A stretch of 64,000 nucleotides of DNA, taken from NCBI GenBank assembly GCA_047602405.1, contig JASGHJ010000002.1, positions 2,688,001-2,752,000 of the forward strand, read 5' to 3'. The stretch comes from Anaeromyxobacteraceae bacterium. Lineage in GTDB: Bacteria > Myxococcota > Myxococcia > Myxococcales > Anaeromyxobacteraceae. Of the stretch, positions 39,101 to 49,158 are shown one piece after another. The position numbers were made by a program, and so were the translations under genes. How positions within the stretch are numbered: position 1 is the stretch's first letter; every line of letters begins with the position of its first letter. Below the pieces are notes generated by a model that saw only the letters and a program-made list of their open reading frames with translations, ran no database searches and had not been told where the DNA came from.

Positions 39101-39726
39101 GCGACCGCGGGCTCCGGGGCGCCCTGCTCGCCCCGGGTCGCGCGGGCGCGGACGAGCGCGACGATCGACGCGGCGAGGGCCCCGACGCCGTCGCGCGCCG
39201 CCAGCGCGCGCACCTCGAGATCGCCGCGGTCGAGCGCGGCCATGACCGCGGCCCGCGCGGCCGCGGCGATCCAGGCGGCGGTGCGCTCCTCGTCGAGCAC
39301 CGCGAAGTCCGGGTCGAGGCCCGCCTCGGGCGCGTGCTCGCGCAGGAGCCGGCCGCAGAAGCCGTGGATCGTGCCGACCGCCATCCGGTCCAGCCCGGCG
39401 AGCCGCTCGTGCCAGGCGTCCCTCGACTCCGGGCCGCCTGCGGCGGCCCCACGCTCGGGATGAGCGGACTCCGGAGGCCTCGCGGCCGCCCGCGCGGCCA
39501 CCGCCGCCCGGAGCCGCTCCACGAGCTCCGCGCCGGCGCGCTCCGTGAACGTGATCGCGGCGAGCTCCCCGGGGTCGCACGGCGTCCCGAGCGCCTCACC
39601 GGAGAGGAGCCGCACGCACAGCTCGACGAGCGCGGTGGTCTTGCCCGAGCCCGCGCCGGCCGAGACCGCGGTGGGCGCCGAGAGCTCGAAGAGCGCGAGC
39701 GCCGCCTCGCTCCAGCGGACCGTCAC
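36124..39726 (-). CDS. addA: AddA/RecB-like UvrD helicase with C-terminal PD-(D/E)XK nuclease
   Basis: AGAGSGKTT, AITFTE, TIHGFC, LVDEYQD, VGDAKQSIYRFRGAD, SIHQAKGLEW, LYVAMTRARD, GAID...IDYK, QLAAY. Confidence 0.88.
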   Translation of the reverse strand: MTVRWSEAALALFELSAPTAVSAGAGSGKTTALVELCVRLLSGEALGTPCDPGELAAITFTERAGAELVERLRAAVAARAAARPPESAHPERGAAAGGPESRDAWHERLAGLDRMAVGTIHGFCGRLLREHAPEAGLDPDFAVLDEERTAAWIAAAARAAVMAALDRGDLEVRALAARDGVGALAASIVALVRARATRGEQGAPEPAVAEPAPALAAREAALAAGAALAGAGVGVSAAVQAALAALGPEDRAGPLEGATLARVEGLKLASKGGRLSGDGKAARDALGAAVDAWLRGAADARGLPQRRALAALVADGEARYGARKAAARAVDFDDLLRLARDLLRRDPALRAELRGRYRALLVDEYQDVNAVQQQLFDLLGGLGAPRPAGQSPSGPHPGSIAPAGPIMVAVGDAKQSIYRFRGADLGVFTRLLRRFEAGEGRVLHQSENHRSAPAVVDLVNAVFERTMRAPAGEAPRDDELAFAPSDRLVPRRPEGARPACELLVDAEGGKAAELRAREAEAIARRVRALVSGAGGALVRERGADGVERARAPRPSDVALLFRRLTEVDVYERALRAAGIPFRVARGQGFYQAPEVRDLGELLAALLDPEDAAAWAALLRSPLCAVTDGTLFLLARGGLGRLGREGAAAVRARVEEEAGPGAVPDDEWDRLGALLDTLAALRPLRDRLPVHELLARAVEVLELDAALLASPGGERRLANVHKALALAHRFHDDGGGALELSRHLRTMAERPPREPEGDLEAGDAVALLSIHQAKGLEWPVVFVPDLGARPIQDRPRPLLDAEGRLCAPLVDPLADAVRTTASLEAARAADRRSAAAESRRLLYVAMTRARDHLILSGEATKGSGQETWRAILEGALADVAEHETLVRRVATGQMELGGAAPEPAPAPAPDPAPGPDPAHAPDPDPDPDPGPAPVPVPPALRIAVTSLSDAFRCPRRHHFAHVLGLAEPRGVSGMQPGDDPGRATVRGTLAHAMLSEADLAAPPLERRAQLAAVAARRGHDPEARGVKRILVEVARFLDSAAGKELAKAARAGRLRREVPFLLRLDGEPGSKAGALYLDGAIDALLAREKGEVFVIDYKYALPRPGAAERYRFQLAAYALAAARAHPGAKVRAAIVFLRGDHRVVELTPSAAELRAFERDAPRLARLALGGEVPTAGALGRSVETCRSEGCGFVPRCHPVSG

Positions 39727-42720
39727 GGCCCCTCCCCCGGCCCCTCGGCGGGCGGCGCGGCCGTCCGCTCCGGCCGGCAGACCGCGGGCCACGGGCAGGT
39801 CTCGCAGCCGCCCGGCACCTGCGGGAACGCGCCCGCGCGGATGCGGCCCACGAGGCCGACCACCTTCCCGGCGAACGCCTCCGCGCCGGCGGGGGCGCCC
39901 TCGCGCACCTCGTAGGCCTCGCCCTTCGCGTCGGCCGACCGGAGGAAGGCGTAGCGCGCCTCGAGCGCGGCGCGGCCCGGGAAGTCGCGGGCGGCCGCGA
40001 GCAGGTAGGTCGGGACCTGGAAGCTCGACTCGCCCCAGGTCTCCGGGTCGAGCAGCGCGCCGTGGTCCACCCGGCCGTCGCTCTTGCCGCCCTTGTAGTC
40101 GACGACGCGCAGGCGGCCCGGCGACGCGTCGACCCGGTCGATGCGCCCCTCGAGCCGCACGGTCACGCCGCCCGCGGTCAGCTCGAGCGGCGCGCGCTCC
40201 GGGCCCGCGCCTGGGCGGCGCCCTCCGAACCGGTGCTCGACCGCGACCGGCACGAGCGCGTCGGCGGCCTCGGCCTCCGCCTCGAGGTGGCGCTCGAGGC
40301 GGGCGGCGAGCACCTCCCGGCGGCCGGTCCACGCCGCGGGATCGCCGGCCCGCCCCTCCCCCTCGAGCCCCGCGATCGCGGCGTCGAGCGCGGCGCGCAG
40401 GTCCGCGCGCTCGGCGTCGTCGCCGCGCAGCGGCCCGGCCGCGCGCGCGATCCGCGCCCGGTGGAAGAGGCTCGAGCGCGCGGTGCAGGAGCGAGCCCTC
40501 GTCGCGCGCCGAGGCGTCGAGGTCCGGGGCGTCGTCGTCCGGCAGGCGCACGAAGCGCGAGAGGAGGAGCCGGAAAGGGCACTCCGCGTACTTCTCGAGC
40601 TGCGAGGGCGACCACGCCTCGGGGAGCGCGGCCTGGAGCACCTCGAGCGCGCGGCCGCGGACCGCGCCGGCGTACGCGGAGCCCGGCAGCGCGGCCCGGC
40701 GCTCGGCCTCCACCGCGGCGCGCGCGAGCGCCCGCGGGCCGGGCGCGCGGCGGGGCCGGGGCTCCGGGCCGCGCGGCAGGGTCACGCCCACCGCGAGGAG
40801 CGCCTCGGCCACCGCCGGCGCGAGCGGGCCGTCGCGCCCGGCCGCGCCCGCCGGCCCCGGGGCGGCCCAGGTGAACGTGAGCGCGTCGCGCGCCGCCGCC
40901 ATCGCCGCGAACGCGCGGTGCAGCGCGCGGGCCCGGCGGCCCGAGGCGAGCGGGAGGTGCAGCGGTCGCCGCGCGGCGCGGGCGAGCGCGGCGCGCTCGG
41001 GATCGCGCAGCACCGGCTCGGCGCCGGCCGGCGCCGGCCAGCCGCGGCCGCAGCCCGCGAGGACGACGCCGCGCACCGACAGCACCGGCGCCTCCTCGAG
41101 CGACCAGAGCTCCACCGCACCCGCCGCCGGCCCCGGCGGAACCGGCGCGGAGGCCTCGTCGACCGCGATCGCGAGCAGGGCCGCGAAGTCCGCGGCGGGC
41201 ATCGGGGCCGCCCCGCGGCCGGCGAGCCCGGCGGCGCGCGCGACGCCGTCGGCGGCCTCCTCGAGCCGCCGCAGCGCCGCGAGGTCGGCCGCGGCGGTCT
41301 CGACGCCCGCGTGCGCCGCCCTGCGCCGCAGGCCCGAGGCGTCGAGGAACTGGACGAGCCGCGCGGCGTGGGCCCGCGGCGTGGCCGGCGCCGAGAGCGC
41401 GCGGGCGAGGGCCACCCCGTGCTCGGCGGCGTCGAGGGCGCGGGCCGCAGCGGTGCGCGCCCGCACCGCGCCCGGCGAGAGCGCGGCCGCGCGCCGGCGC
41501 AGCGCCTCCGCCGGGTCGCCGCGCCCCTCGATGGCCCCGGCCGCGTCGAGCTGGGCCGCGAGCGCGACCGGTGAGCGGGCGCCGGGATCGCAGGAGGCCG
41601 CGAGGTACGTGGAGGCGACGATCCGCTCCAGCGCCGCGCGATCGAGCCCCCCGGCCGCGCCGAGCACCGCGAGGGCGGCCCGGACCGCGCCGTTCTCGGC
41701 GAGCGGCGCCCCGCGGCCGGGCGCGAACGGGATCCCGCGCGCGCGGAGCGCCCGCGCGAGCGGCCGCGCGAGGCGCCGCGGTGAGGCCGAGAGCACCGCG
41801 ACGTCGCCGGGCGCGAGGCCGGCCTCCAGCTGGCGCTGCACCGCGAGCGCGATGGCCTCGGGCTCGTCCTCCTCGCCCGCCGCCGCGAGGGCGGCGACGA
41901 GGCCGGCGCCGCCGGGGTCCCCCACCGGCGGTCGCGCCGTGGGCCCCGCCTGCGCCGCGCCGGGGTGGAAGGCGGCGAGGAGCGCCGCGAGCCGCGGCGC
42001 GCGGCCGTCCTCGAGGTGCCGCAGGACGATGGCCGGCGCGCCCGCCCCCCTCGGCCCGCCGCCCTCCTCGAGCCGGCGCAGGAGCCGCTCCGCGGGCTCC
42101 GACAGGTCCGGGCGATCCGGGAAGTACGGCAGCTCGACCCGGGTGCGGCCCGCGCGCGCGACGAGGGCGAGGAGGAGGTCGGTCGCGGCCGGCCCCGCCT
42201 CCGAGAGCCCGTCCACGACGAGGAGGTCGAGGCGGCCCGGCTGCCCGGGCAGCGGCGCCTTCCGCGCGAGGGTCGCGGCGGCCCGGACCGCGGCGGCCTC
42301 GTCGAGGGCGGAGAGCTCCGCGAGCCGCGCCTCGAGCCGCGCCAGGGCACCGGCGAGCGCGAGGAGCCGCTCCCGGGCGGCGCCCTCCACGAGGAGCGCC
42401 GCCGCGTGGGCCTCGTCGGACGAGAGCTCCGCCAGGCGGAGCTCGGCGAGCGCCGCGGCGAGCCCGGCGCCGTGCCCGTCCTCGGCCCGGACGCCGGCGA
42501 GCGGCCCGCCCGCGGCGCGCCCCGCCTCGGCGGCCAGCAGGCGGAACGCGAGGGGGGTCAGGACGGGGCGGCGGTCCCCGGCGTCCGCGAGGAACGCGCC
42601 CGCGAGCCGGTCGAGGGTCGTGACGGCCGGGCCGAACAGCACCCCGCCCTCCGCGTCGCACAGGCGGCGCGCGGCCCTCGCCGCGGCGAGCGGCGTGGAG
42701 GTGAGGACCAGCGCGGACAC
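39723..42720 (-). CDS. addB: AddB-like inactive helicase/nuclease subunit (frameshift near 40465)
   Basis: SPSQLEKYAECPF...GSLLHRALE in one frame; GRIDRVD, VVDYKG, CETCPWPAVC in the next; GTGA overlap with addA. Confidence 0.8.
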
Positions 42721-42823
42721 GACGCCGGAACGTACCTCGGGGGGCTGACGCGCGGGCGACAGATCCCGGCCGGCGGCCGTGCGTTCCACCCGACAGCGCG
42801 GTCCCTGGCCGCGGGAGGCTCAC

Positions 42824-43726
42824 ATGATGATCACGGCAGTCGGTCTGGCGCTGCTCCTCGCGGCGCCGCAGGCGAAGGGTGCGCCCGCGGCCGCCCTCGC
42901 GGAGGGCGTCTCGGTGGGCGCGCCCATCACGAAGGGGAACCTCTCGGTCTTCCCGCTCTCCGTCCGCCCGGCGGCGGGGACGGCCGGGGCGGAGCCGCTC
43001 ACGCTCGACGAGGCGAGCCGGGCGAAGGTGGTCCGGGTCGAGGAGGCGGGCGCGGGCGGCGACGTGAACGCGCTCCAGGTCCACAACGACGGCGACCGGC
43101 CGGTGCTGCTCATGGCCGGCGAGCTCCTCCTCGGAGGCAAGCAGGACCGGATCGTGGGGCGCTCGCTCGTGCTGCCGCCGCGCTCGCGCCAGCCGGTGCC
43201 GGTCTACTGCGTCGAGCACGGCCGCTGGAGCGGCGGGCGCGCGTTCGAGAGCGGCGGCGCCCTCGTCCCCCCCGGCCTGCGCAAGACGGCGCTCGCGGGC
43301 GATCAGCAGCAGGTGTGGGACGAGGTCGCGCGCTCGAACCGGAAGCTCGGCACCCAGACGAGCTCGGGCACCTACCGCGCCGCCGCGCGGAAGCTCTCCG
43401 GCGAGGCCGGGCCGGTCGCGCGCGAGCTCTCGGAGGCGCTCGCCCGCGACCCGCAGGCCGCCGGCCTCGCGGTCGCGATCGACGGCGAGGTGGTGGCGGT
43501 GGAGTGGTTCGCGTCGCCGCGCCTCTTCGGGCGGGTGCGCGAGAAGCTCGTGGCCTCCTACGTCGCGCAGGCGCTCGCCGACGACGCCCCGCGCCCGGCC
43601 TCCGCGCCGGCCCCGGCCGCGCCGAAGGACGTGATCGACTTCGCGAGGAAGGCCGAGCAGGGGGCCGCCACCGTCGAGCGGGCGACCTCGGCGGGTGAGG
43701 CGGTGCAGACCACGTACCTCAAGTGA
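42824..43726 (+). CDS. Exported DUF6569/ARPP-1-like protein
   Basis: Signal peptide; GELLLGGKQDR, VPVYCVEHGRW, QQQVWDEV. Confidence 0.65.
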   Translation: MMITAVGLALLLAAPQAKGAPAAALAEGVSVGAPITKGNLSVFPLSVRPAAGTAGAEPLTLDEASRAKVVRVEEAGAGGDVNALQVHNDGDRPVLLMAGELLLGGKQDRIVGRSLVLPPRSRQPVPVYCVEHGRWSGGRAFESGGALVPPGLRKTALAGDQQQVWDEVARSNRKLGTQTSSGTYRAAARKLSGEAGPVARELSEALARDPQAAGLAVAIDGEVVAVEWFASPRLFGRVREKLVASYVAQALADDAPRPASAPAPAAPKDVIDFARKAEQGAATVERATSAGEAVQTTYLK

Positions 43727-43729
43727 AGC

Positions 43730-43759
43730 GGGGGAGGCGCTATCGGCTCGCCTCCCCCC
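43730..43759 (+). terminator. GC hairpin after the stop codon
   Basis: GGGGGAGGCG/CGCCTCCCCC stem; no U-tract. Confidence 0.4.
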
Positions 43760-44180
43760 ATCGCCCCCGTCCCCTGCAACCGTGTTCACGTGGGCGGCGC
43801 TGCCACGCCCGGCTTTTCTCGCGCCCGCGGCGCGCCCGCCCTCCGGCGTCCCGAGGGCGCGGGTCGTCGGTGTGCGGCCACGGCGGGAGCGCTCCGGCGC
43901 CGTCGCACGCGCCGCCACCTGAAGGCGCGTTCGACCCCCGCGCGCGCGACGTCCCGGAGCGTTCACGGACGGTGCGTCGGTCCGGTCCTCACCTCTTTTT
44001 CCGGGGCGGCTGACGGGGCGTTCACGTGGGAGCGGCGCGCACGGGCGGGTTTTCGCGCGAGGCGACGGTTGCGCACCTGCGGGCGTGCCGCGCGCGAGGG
44101 GCAGGGTGTGAGGGCGGCGGGCCCTGCGGGCCTACGGGGCCTCAGGCTTCGGCACCTGCTTGGGCGTTTGGAACCTCGAA

Positions 44181-44216
44181 GCAGGTACGCGGAAGCTGCG
44201 CTTCCGCGTACAGCTA
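44181..44216 (-). repeat. REP-like hairpin following the queD stop codon
   Basis: Minus strand TAG-CT-GTACGCGGAAGC-GCA-GCTTCCGCGTAC-CTGC; homologous to 21044-21081. Confidence 0.65.
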
Positions 44217-44606
44217 CTCCTCCCGGTACACGGCGAGGGAGCCCTCGTTCTCCCACACGTCGACCTTCGACACCCGCACCCGCCCGCCCTCGGACGTCTG
44301 CAGCCGCGCGTTCACCTCGTCGTGGAAGAACTTCGCGAGGAGCTCGGCGGTGGTGTTCACCTGGTCGAACGGCGGGATCTCGTTCACGTTCTGGTGGTCG
44401 AAGCGGGAACCGACCTCGGCGACGAGCTTCTGGAGGTCGGCGAAGTCGATGACCATGCCGATGCGGTTGAGCTCGGACGCCCGGACGTGGACGCGGATGC
44501 GCCAGTTGTGCCCGTGGAGCCGCTCGCACTTGCCGCCGTGGAAGCGGATTTGGTGCGCGGCGCTGAACACGAAGTCCTTCGAGATCTCGTAGACGGGCAC
44601 GGCCAT
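44214..44606 (-). CDS. queD: 6-carboxy-5,6,7,8-tetrahydropterin synthase
   Basis: FSAAH, CERLHGHN, GMVIDF, FDH, TTAE, VWE. Confidence 0.92.
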   Translation of the reverse strand: MAVPVYEISKDFVFSAAHQIRFHGGKCERLHGHNWRIRVHVRASELNRIGMVIDFADLQKLVAEVGSRFDHQNVNEIPPFDQVNTTAELLAKFFHDEVNARLQTSEGGRVRVSKVDVWENEGSLAVYREE

Positions 44607-44658
44607 GGGCGGGGCAATATAGCGGAACCCCTGACGGAGTGCAGGGGCTCTCGAGATC

Positions 44659-45264
44659 ATGCGCGACCACGACCACGAGCACCGCGACCGGCACGGCAAC
44701 CCGGAGCACTGGGACGCCTACCTCGGGAAGCTCCTCGACCCGGAGCGCGACGGCTGGCAGAAGCCGGACCTCGTCGTGGGGGCGCTGGGCCTCGGGCCCG
44801 GCGCGGTGGCCTGCGAGATTGGCCCGGGGCCCGGCGTGTTCGTCCTCCGGATGGCCCGCGCGGTCTCGCCCGGCGGCCGGGTCCACGCGATCGACGCCGA
44901 TCCGCGGATGACCGCGCTCCTCGCCGAGCGTGCGCGGGGGGCCGGCCTCGCGAACGTCGCCATCCACCTCGCCGAGGACGGCCGCGGCGTGCCGCCGGAG
45001 CCCGTCGACGTCATCCTCGTCGTGAACACCTTCCACCACTTCCCGGACCCGGCCGCGTACCTCGCCGAGCTCGCGGCGCACCTGAAGCCCGGCGGGCGGC
45101 TCGTGAACGTGGACTTCCACGCGGGCGACCTGCCGGTCGGCCCGCCGCCCGATCACCGGGTGTCGCGGGAGCAGTTCCTCGAGGCGGCGAGGGCCGCCGG
45201 CCTCCGCGTGCTCGAGGAGCGGGCCTTCCTGCCGTACCAGTACTTCATCGCGCTCGGGTCCTGA
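44659..45264 (+). CDS. Class I SAM-dependent methyltransferase
   Basis: RDGWQKPD, EIGPGPG, VHAID, LKPGGRL. Confidence 0.85.
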   Translation: MRDHDHEHRDRHGNPEHWDAYLGKLLDPERDGWQKPDLVVGALGLGPGAVACEIGPGPGVFVLRMARAVSPGGRVHAIDADPRMTALLAERARGAGLANVAIHLAEDGRGVPPEPVDVILVVNTFHHFPDPAAYLAELAAHLKPGGRLVNVDFHAGDLPVGPPPDHRVSREQFLEAARAAGLRVLEERAFLPYQYFIALGS

Positions 45265-45314
45265 CTCCCGACCATCCCGGGCGTGGGGGCGCGCAGCGCC
45301 CCGGGTCGAGGGAG

Positions 45315-46017
45315 CTACTCGCCCGCGGACATCTGGGCGAGGAAGCTGCGCTTCACCACGAGCCGCTTCCCGGAGAGCACGATGTGCCCGCGGCGGGCGA
45401 GCTCGGAGAGCGCGCGAGAGACCGTCTCGCGGGAGGTGCCGATCGTCGCCGCGATCTCGGCCTGCGTCGGGCGGCTCCGGACGAGGAACCCGTCCTCGGT
45501 CACCTCGCCCTCGGCCTCGGCGAGCTCCTTGAGCTTCCCGGCGAGCCGGCCGTAGACGTCGAGGAGCGCGAGGTTGCCGATGACCTCGTCGGCGCGGCGC
45601 AGGCGGCGCGAGAGCTCGGTGAGGACGCGGAGCGCCGTCTTCGGGTGGCGCTGGATGTGCGCGCGGAAGTCGGCCCGGGAGAGGACGAGCAGCCGCGACG
45701 GCTCGCTCGCCACCAGGGTCGCCGAGCGCGGCTCGTCGTCGAGCAGGCTCATCTCGCCGAAGAAGTCGCCCGGCGCCTTGAAGACGTTGAGGATGATCTC
45801 GCGCCCGGAGTCGCCGTACAGCACGACCTTCACCCGACCCTTGACGAGGACGAAGAGCGCGTCGCCGGGCTCCTCCTGCGAGGCGATGATCGCCCCGTCG
45901 TCGTACTCGCGGACCTGGGCGAGGCGCTCGAGCTCGCCCGCGCTCGTGGCGTCGAGCTCGGAGAAGATTCGAGACGCTGCGGAGCAGCTCACGCCCGCGC
46001 GGGACGGCCTGGCTCAT
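45315..46017 (-). CDS. CRP/FNR-family transcriptional regulator (frameshift near 45969)
   Basis: FFGEMSLLD..PRSAT (cNMP pocket); TQAEIAATIGTSRETVSR (HTH); N-terminus MSQAVPRGRELLRSVS lies in the adjacent frame. Confidence 0.88.
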
Positions 46018-46049
46018 GGGCGCGACCGTAGCGATCCCTGCACCATCGG

Positions 46050-46694
46050 TCAAGGCGAGACGGCCCCGGGGCCCGCCGCGAGCAGGGCCGCGACGTCGAC
46101 CCGCGGGTCGGCCCCCTCGAGCCACGCGCGCAGCACGGCCACCCCCCGCGCGCCCGCGGCGATCACCCGGGGGGCCGCGCCGGGGTCCACGCCCCCCAGG
46201 CCGACGAGCGGGAGGCCGAGGCGGGCCGCGTCCGCGAGGGCGGCGAGCCCGACCGGCGGCCCGTAGGCGCGCTTCGAGGGCGTGTCGAAGACCGGGCCGA
46301 ACGTGGCGTAGTCCGCCCCGCCCTCCCGGGCCCGGAGCACGTCGGCCGCGCCGTGGCAGGAGACGCCGACGAGCGCGCCCGGGCCGAGCAGGCGCCGCGC
46401 CTCGGCCGGCGGCACGCCGGCGGACGGCAGGTGCGCCCCCGCCGCGCCCGCGGCGAGCGCGACGTCGAGCCGATTGTTGACGAGCAGGAGCGCCCCCGTG
46501 TCGCGGCAGGCGGCCGCGAGCGCCCGCGCCGCGGCGAGGAGCGCCGCGCCCCCGAGGTCCTTCTCCCGCAGGTGCACCGCCACGCGCCCCGCCGCGCCGC
46601 CCGGGCCGAGCGGCGCGAGCGCCTGCCTGAGGCGCGCCGCCGGATCCGGGTTCACGCGCCGATCCGTGATCAGGTGGACAACCGGAACGCCCAT
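46050..46694 (-). CDS. thiE: Thiamine-phosphate synthase/TenI family
   Basis: HLREKD, LLVN, GAHL, GVSCH, GADY..FGPVFDTPSK, LGGV. Confidence 0.8.
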   Translation of the reverse strand: MGVPVVHLITDRRVNPDPAARLRQALAPLGPGGAAGRVAVHLREKDLGGAALLAAARALAAACRDTGALLLVNNRLDVALAAGAAGAHLPSAGVPPAEARRLLGPGALVGVSCHGAADVLRAREGGADYATFGPVFDTPSKRAYGPPVGLAALADAARLGLPLVGLGGVDPGAAPRVIAAGARGVAVLRAWLEGADPRVDVAALLAAGPGAVSP

Positions 46695-46740
46695 CCGTAA
46701 GCTCGCCCCCGTTTTCTCATGGTGCCGACGGGAGGGCCCC

Positions 46741-47557
46741 GTGTCGAGCGAGCTGCAGTCCTTCCTCGAGTTCCTCGAGGCGCAGAAGGCGAAGCAGGCG
46801 AGCCACTTCCCCACGGTCCGTGCCGAGAAGGTCCTCTCCTTCATGGGCACGACCAGCCTCGCCGGCTCGCGCGCCTCGGTCTCGATCGACGCGCTGCGCG
46901 GCATCTCGCCCGGGCCGACCCCGCGCGAGCTGCGCATCCAGCTCGGCGGCGCCCTGCCCCGCGCCCCGCAGCGCGGCGAGTGCGTCACCGTCCACGTGAC
47001 CCGGCTCGAGCAGTACCAGGGCTACCAGGTGAAGTCCCGGGCCGTGGGCCCCGGCGTCGTCGAGGCCGACCTCGTCGAGGTGGCGGCCGGGGGCGGGGCC
47101 GGCTTCACGGTGAAGGGCGCGCAGACCTACACCGTCCACCACAGCCCCTACACGCTGAAGTTCTTCGAGAGCGTCCCGTACGACGAGCTGCAGGAGATTC
47201 GTGGGCGGGGTGAAGGTCGCGGTGGTGGCGGTGGGCGAGACGGCCAACCTCTCTCCCCGGTTCATCTTCCACCACGCCATCGAGGACGGGAAGCTCGCGC
47301 TCTACCACGGCGACGGCCTCGCCCTGAAGACGTACATGAACCTGAAGTCGAACACGCGGGAGGCCCGCCTCGTGCTCGACCTCGACGACTTCTCCGGCTG
47401 GGCGCTGCCCGGCGTGGTCGAGGAGTTCCAGCCCCACCAGCACCCCGAGGCCTACGAGCGCATCTGCGCCGGCTTCCAGGCGGGCTCGTGGGGCATGCCC
47501 TCGCGCGTCTTCCGGTTCGTGCCCGAGTCGTTCCAGCGGATCCAGCCGCAGGGCTGA
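46741..47557 (+). CDS. Hypothetical protein split by a frameshift near 47200; C-terminal half resembles an FMN-binding split barrel
   Basis: GGAGG RBS before GTG 46741; GAG ATT C GTG junction; ANLSPRF...KTYMNLKSN pattern. Confidence 0.55.
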
Positions 47558-47585
47558 CCGCGCCTCCCGCAGCGAGGAGCCCCCC

Positions 47586-48053
47586 ATGAAGACCCTCCGC
47601 ACGCTCGCCCTCGCGGGCCTCACCGCGCTCGCCGTCGCCGCCCGCGCCGAGGCTCCGGCCGCCGCCCCCGCCTCCGCCGCCGCGCCTGCCGCCGAGGCCC
47701 CGAAGCTCGACCCGTCCGCCGCCGAGGCCGCGAAGGCCGCCGAGGCCTGGCTCGGGCTCATGGACGCCGGCCAGTACGAGCAGTCCTGGCAGGAGGCGTC
47801 CGGCCTCTTCCGCGGCAAGGTGACGAAGGAGCGCTGGGTGCAGCAGGCGCAGGGGGTCCGCGGCCAGCTCGGCAAGGTGACCACGCGCGCGCTCGATCGC
47901 TCCGCCCCGATGAAGGTGGAGGGCGCCGACGCCTGGGTCCTCGGCTGGACGAGCGGCCTCGAGAAGCTCCCGGAGGCCGCCGAGATCGTGACGATGGTGA
48001 AGGACGGCGCGGCCTGGCGCTGCGCCGGCTACTTCATCCGCCCGCGGAGCTGA
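47586..48053 (+). CDS. DUF4019-domain exported protein
   Basis: Signal peptide; AEAWLGLMDAGQYEQSW, WRCAGYFIR. Confidence 0.8.
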   Translation: MKTLRTLALAGLTALAVAARAEAPAAAPASAAAPAAEAPKLDPSAAEAAKAAEAWLGLMDAGQYEQSWQEASGLFRGKVTKERWVQQAQGVRGQLGKVTTRALDRSAPMKVEGADAWVLGWTSGLEKLPEAAEIVTMVKDGAAWRCAGYFIRPRS

Positions 48054-48086
48054 GCCCCTCGCTCGCCCCGCGCGCCCGGTCCCGGA

Positions 48087-49088
48087 TCAGCTCCCGATGA
48101 GCCCGGTCATCGGGCTCGAGGCGGCGGCGTGCAGCTTCATCGGGATGCGGCCCGCGAGGAAGGCCTTGCGGCCCGCCTCCACGCCCGCCCGCATCGCGTC
48201 CGCCATGAGCACCGGGTCCTTCGCCTCCGCGATGGCGGTGTTCATGAGCACCGCGACCGCGCCGAGCTCCATCGCGACGGCGGCGTCGCTCGCGGTGCCG
48301 ACGCCCGCGTCGACGAGCACGGGGACCTTCACGGTCTCCATGATGATCCTCAGGTTGTACGGGTTGCGCAGCCCCAGGCCCGAGCCGATGGGCGCCCCGA
48401 GCGGCATCACCGCCGCGCAGCCGGCGTCCTCGAGCTTCTTCGCGGTCACCGGGTCGTCGTTCGTGTAGGGCAGCACCGTGAAGCCCTCGCCCGCGAGCGT
48501 GCGCGCCGCCGCCACGAGCCCCTCCACGTCCGGGAAGAGCGTGCGGCGGTCGCCGATGACCTCGAGCTTCACGAGGTCGCCCATCCCGAGCTCGCGCCCG
48601 AGCCGGGCGGTGCGGACCGCCTCGTCGGCGGTGAAGCACGCGGCGGTGTTGGGCAGGAGCGTCATGCCCTTCGGGATCCACTCGAGCAGGGACTGCTCCC
48701 CCGTCTTCGAGAGGTCGAGGCGGCGGACCGCCACCGTGACGACCTCGGCGCCCGAGATCTCGAGCGCCCGCTTCATGGTGGGGAAGTCGGGGTACTTGCC
48801 GGTGCCGACCAGCAGGCGGCTCGTGAAGCGGTGCTTGCCGAGGAGCCAGCCGTCGTCGGCGGGGGCCGGCGCGCCGCCGCCCACGAAGGCCACGATCTCG
48901 ACCGAGTCGCCCTTCGAGATGCGCTGCGCCTCGTAGCGGTCCTTCGTCACGACCGTGTCGTTGAGCTCGACGGCCACCCGGACCGCCTTCACGCCGAGGT
49001 GCCCGAGCAGCCCCGTGACGGTGAGGCCCTCGGGGATCTCCCTGAGCTCGCCGTTCAGCCTGATCTGGATGCCCTGCTGCTCCGCCAT
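48087..49088 (-). CDS. thiG: ThiS-ThiG fusion (sulfur carrier + thiazole synthase)
   Basis: IRLNGE...VAVELN...[10 protein letters not shown] in frame with [37 protein letters not shown]. Confidence 0.9.
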   Translation of the reverse strand: MAEQQGIQIRLNGELREIPEGLTVTGLLGHLGVKAVRVAVELNDTVVTKDRYEAQRISKGDSVEIVAFVGGGAPAPADDGWLLGKHRFTSRLLVGTGKYPDFPTMKRALEISGAEVVTVAVRRLDLSKTGEQSLLEWIPKGMTLLPNTAACFTADEAVRTARLGRELGMGDLVKLEVIGDRRTLFPDVEGLVAAARTLAGEGFTVLPYTNDDPVTAKKLEDAGCAAVMPLGAPIGSGLGLRNPYNLRIIMETVKVPVLVDAGVGTASDAAVAMELGAVAVLMNTAIAEAKDPVLMADAMRAGVEAGRKAFLAGRIPMKLHAAASSPMTGLIGS

Positions 49089-49158
49089 CGCGTCGCCCCT
49101 CCGGAGTCCGGACGTATGGCCCCGGACACGGCCGCCGTCAAGGTACACTCGCGCGGTC

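Noticed and set aside
36124..42789. 2221-aa AddB-AddA fusion ORF
   Set aside because: The middle ~250 codons are out-of-frame sequence caused by an indel near 40465. The real AddB C-terminus is in another frame and stops at 39723, overlapping the addA GTG.
43781..43797. parS site (CACGTG core; also near 44020)
   Set aside because: Only about half of the 16-bp palindrome matches.
49089..49158. TPP riboswitch before thiS-thiG (also cobalamin switch before nrdJ, preQ1 before queD)
   Set aside because: Intergenic gaps are short and no consensus motifs are recognisable.
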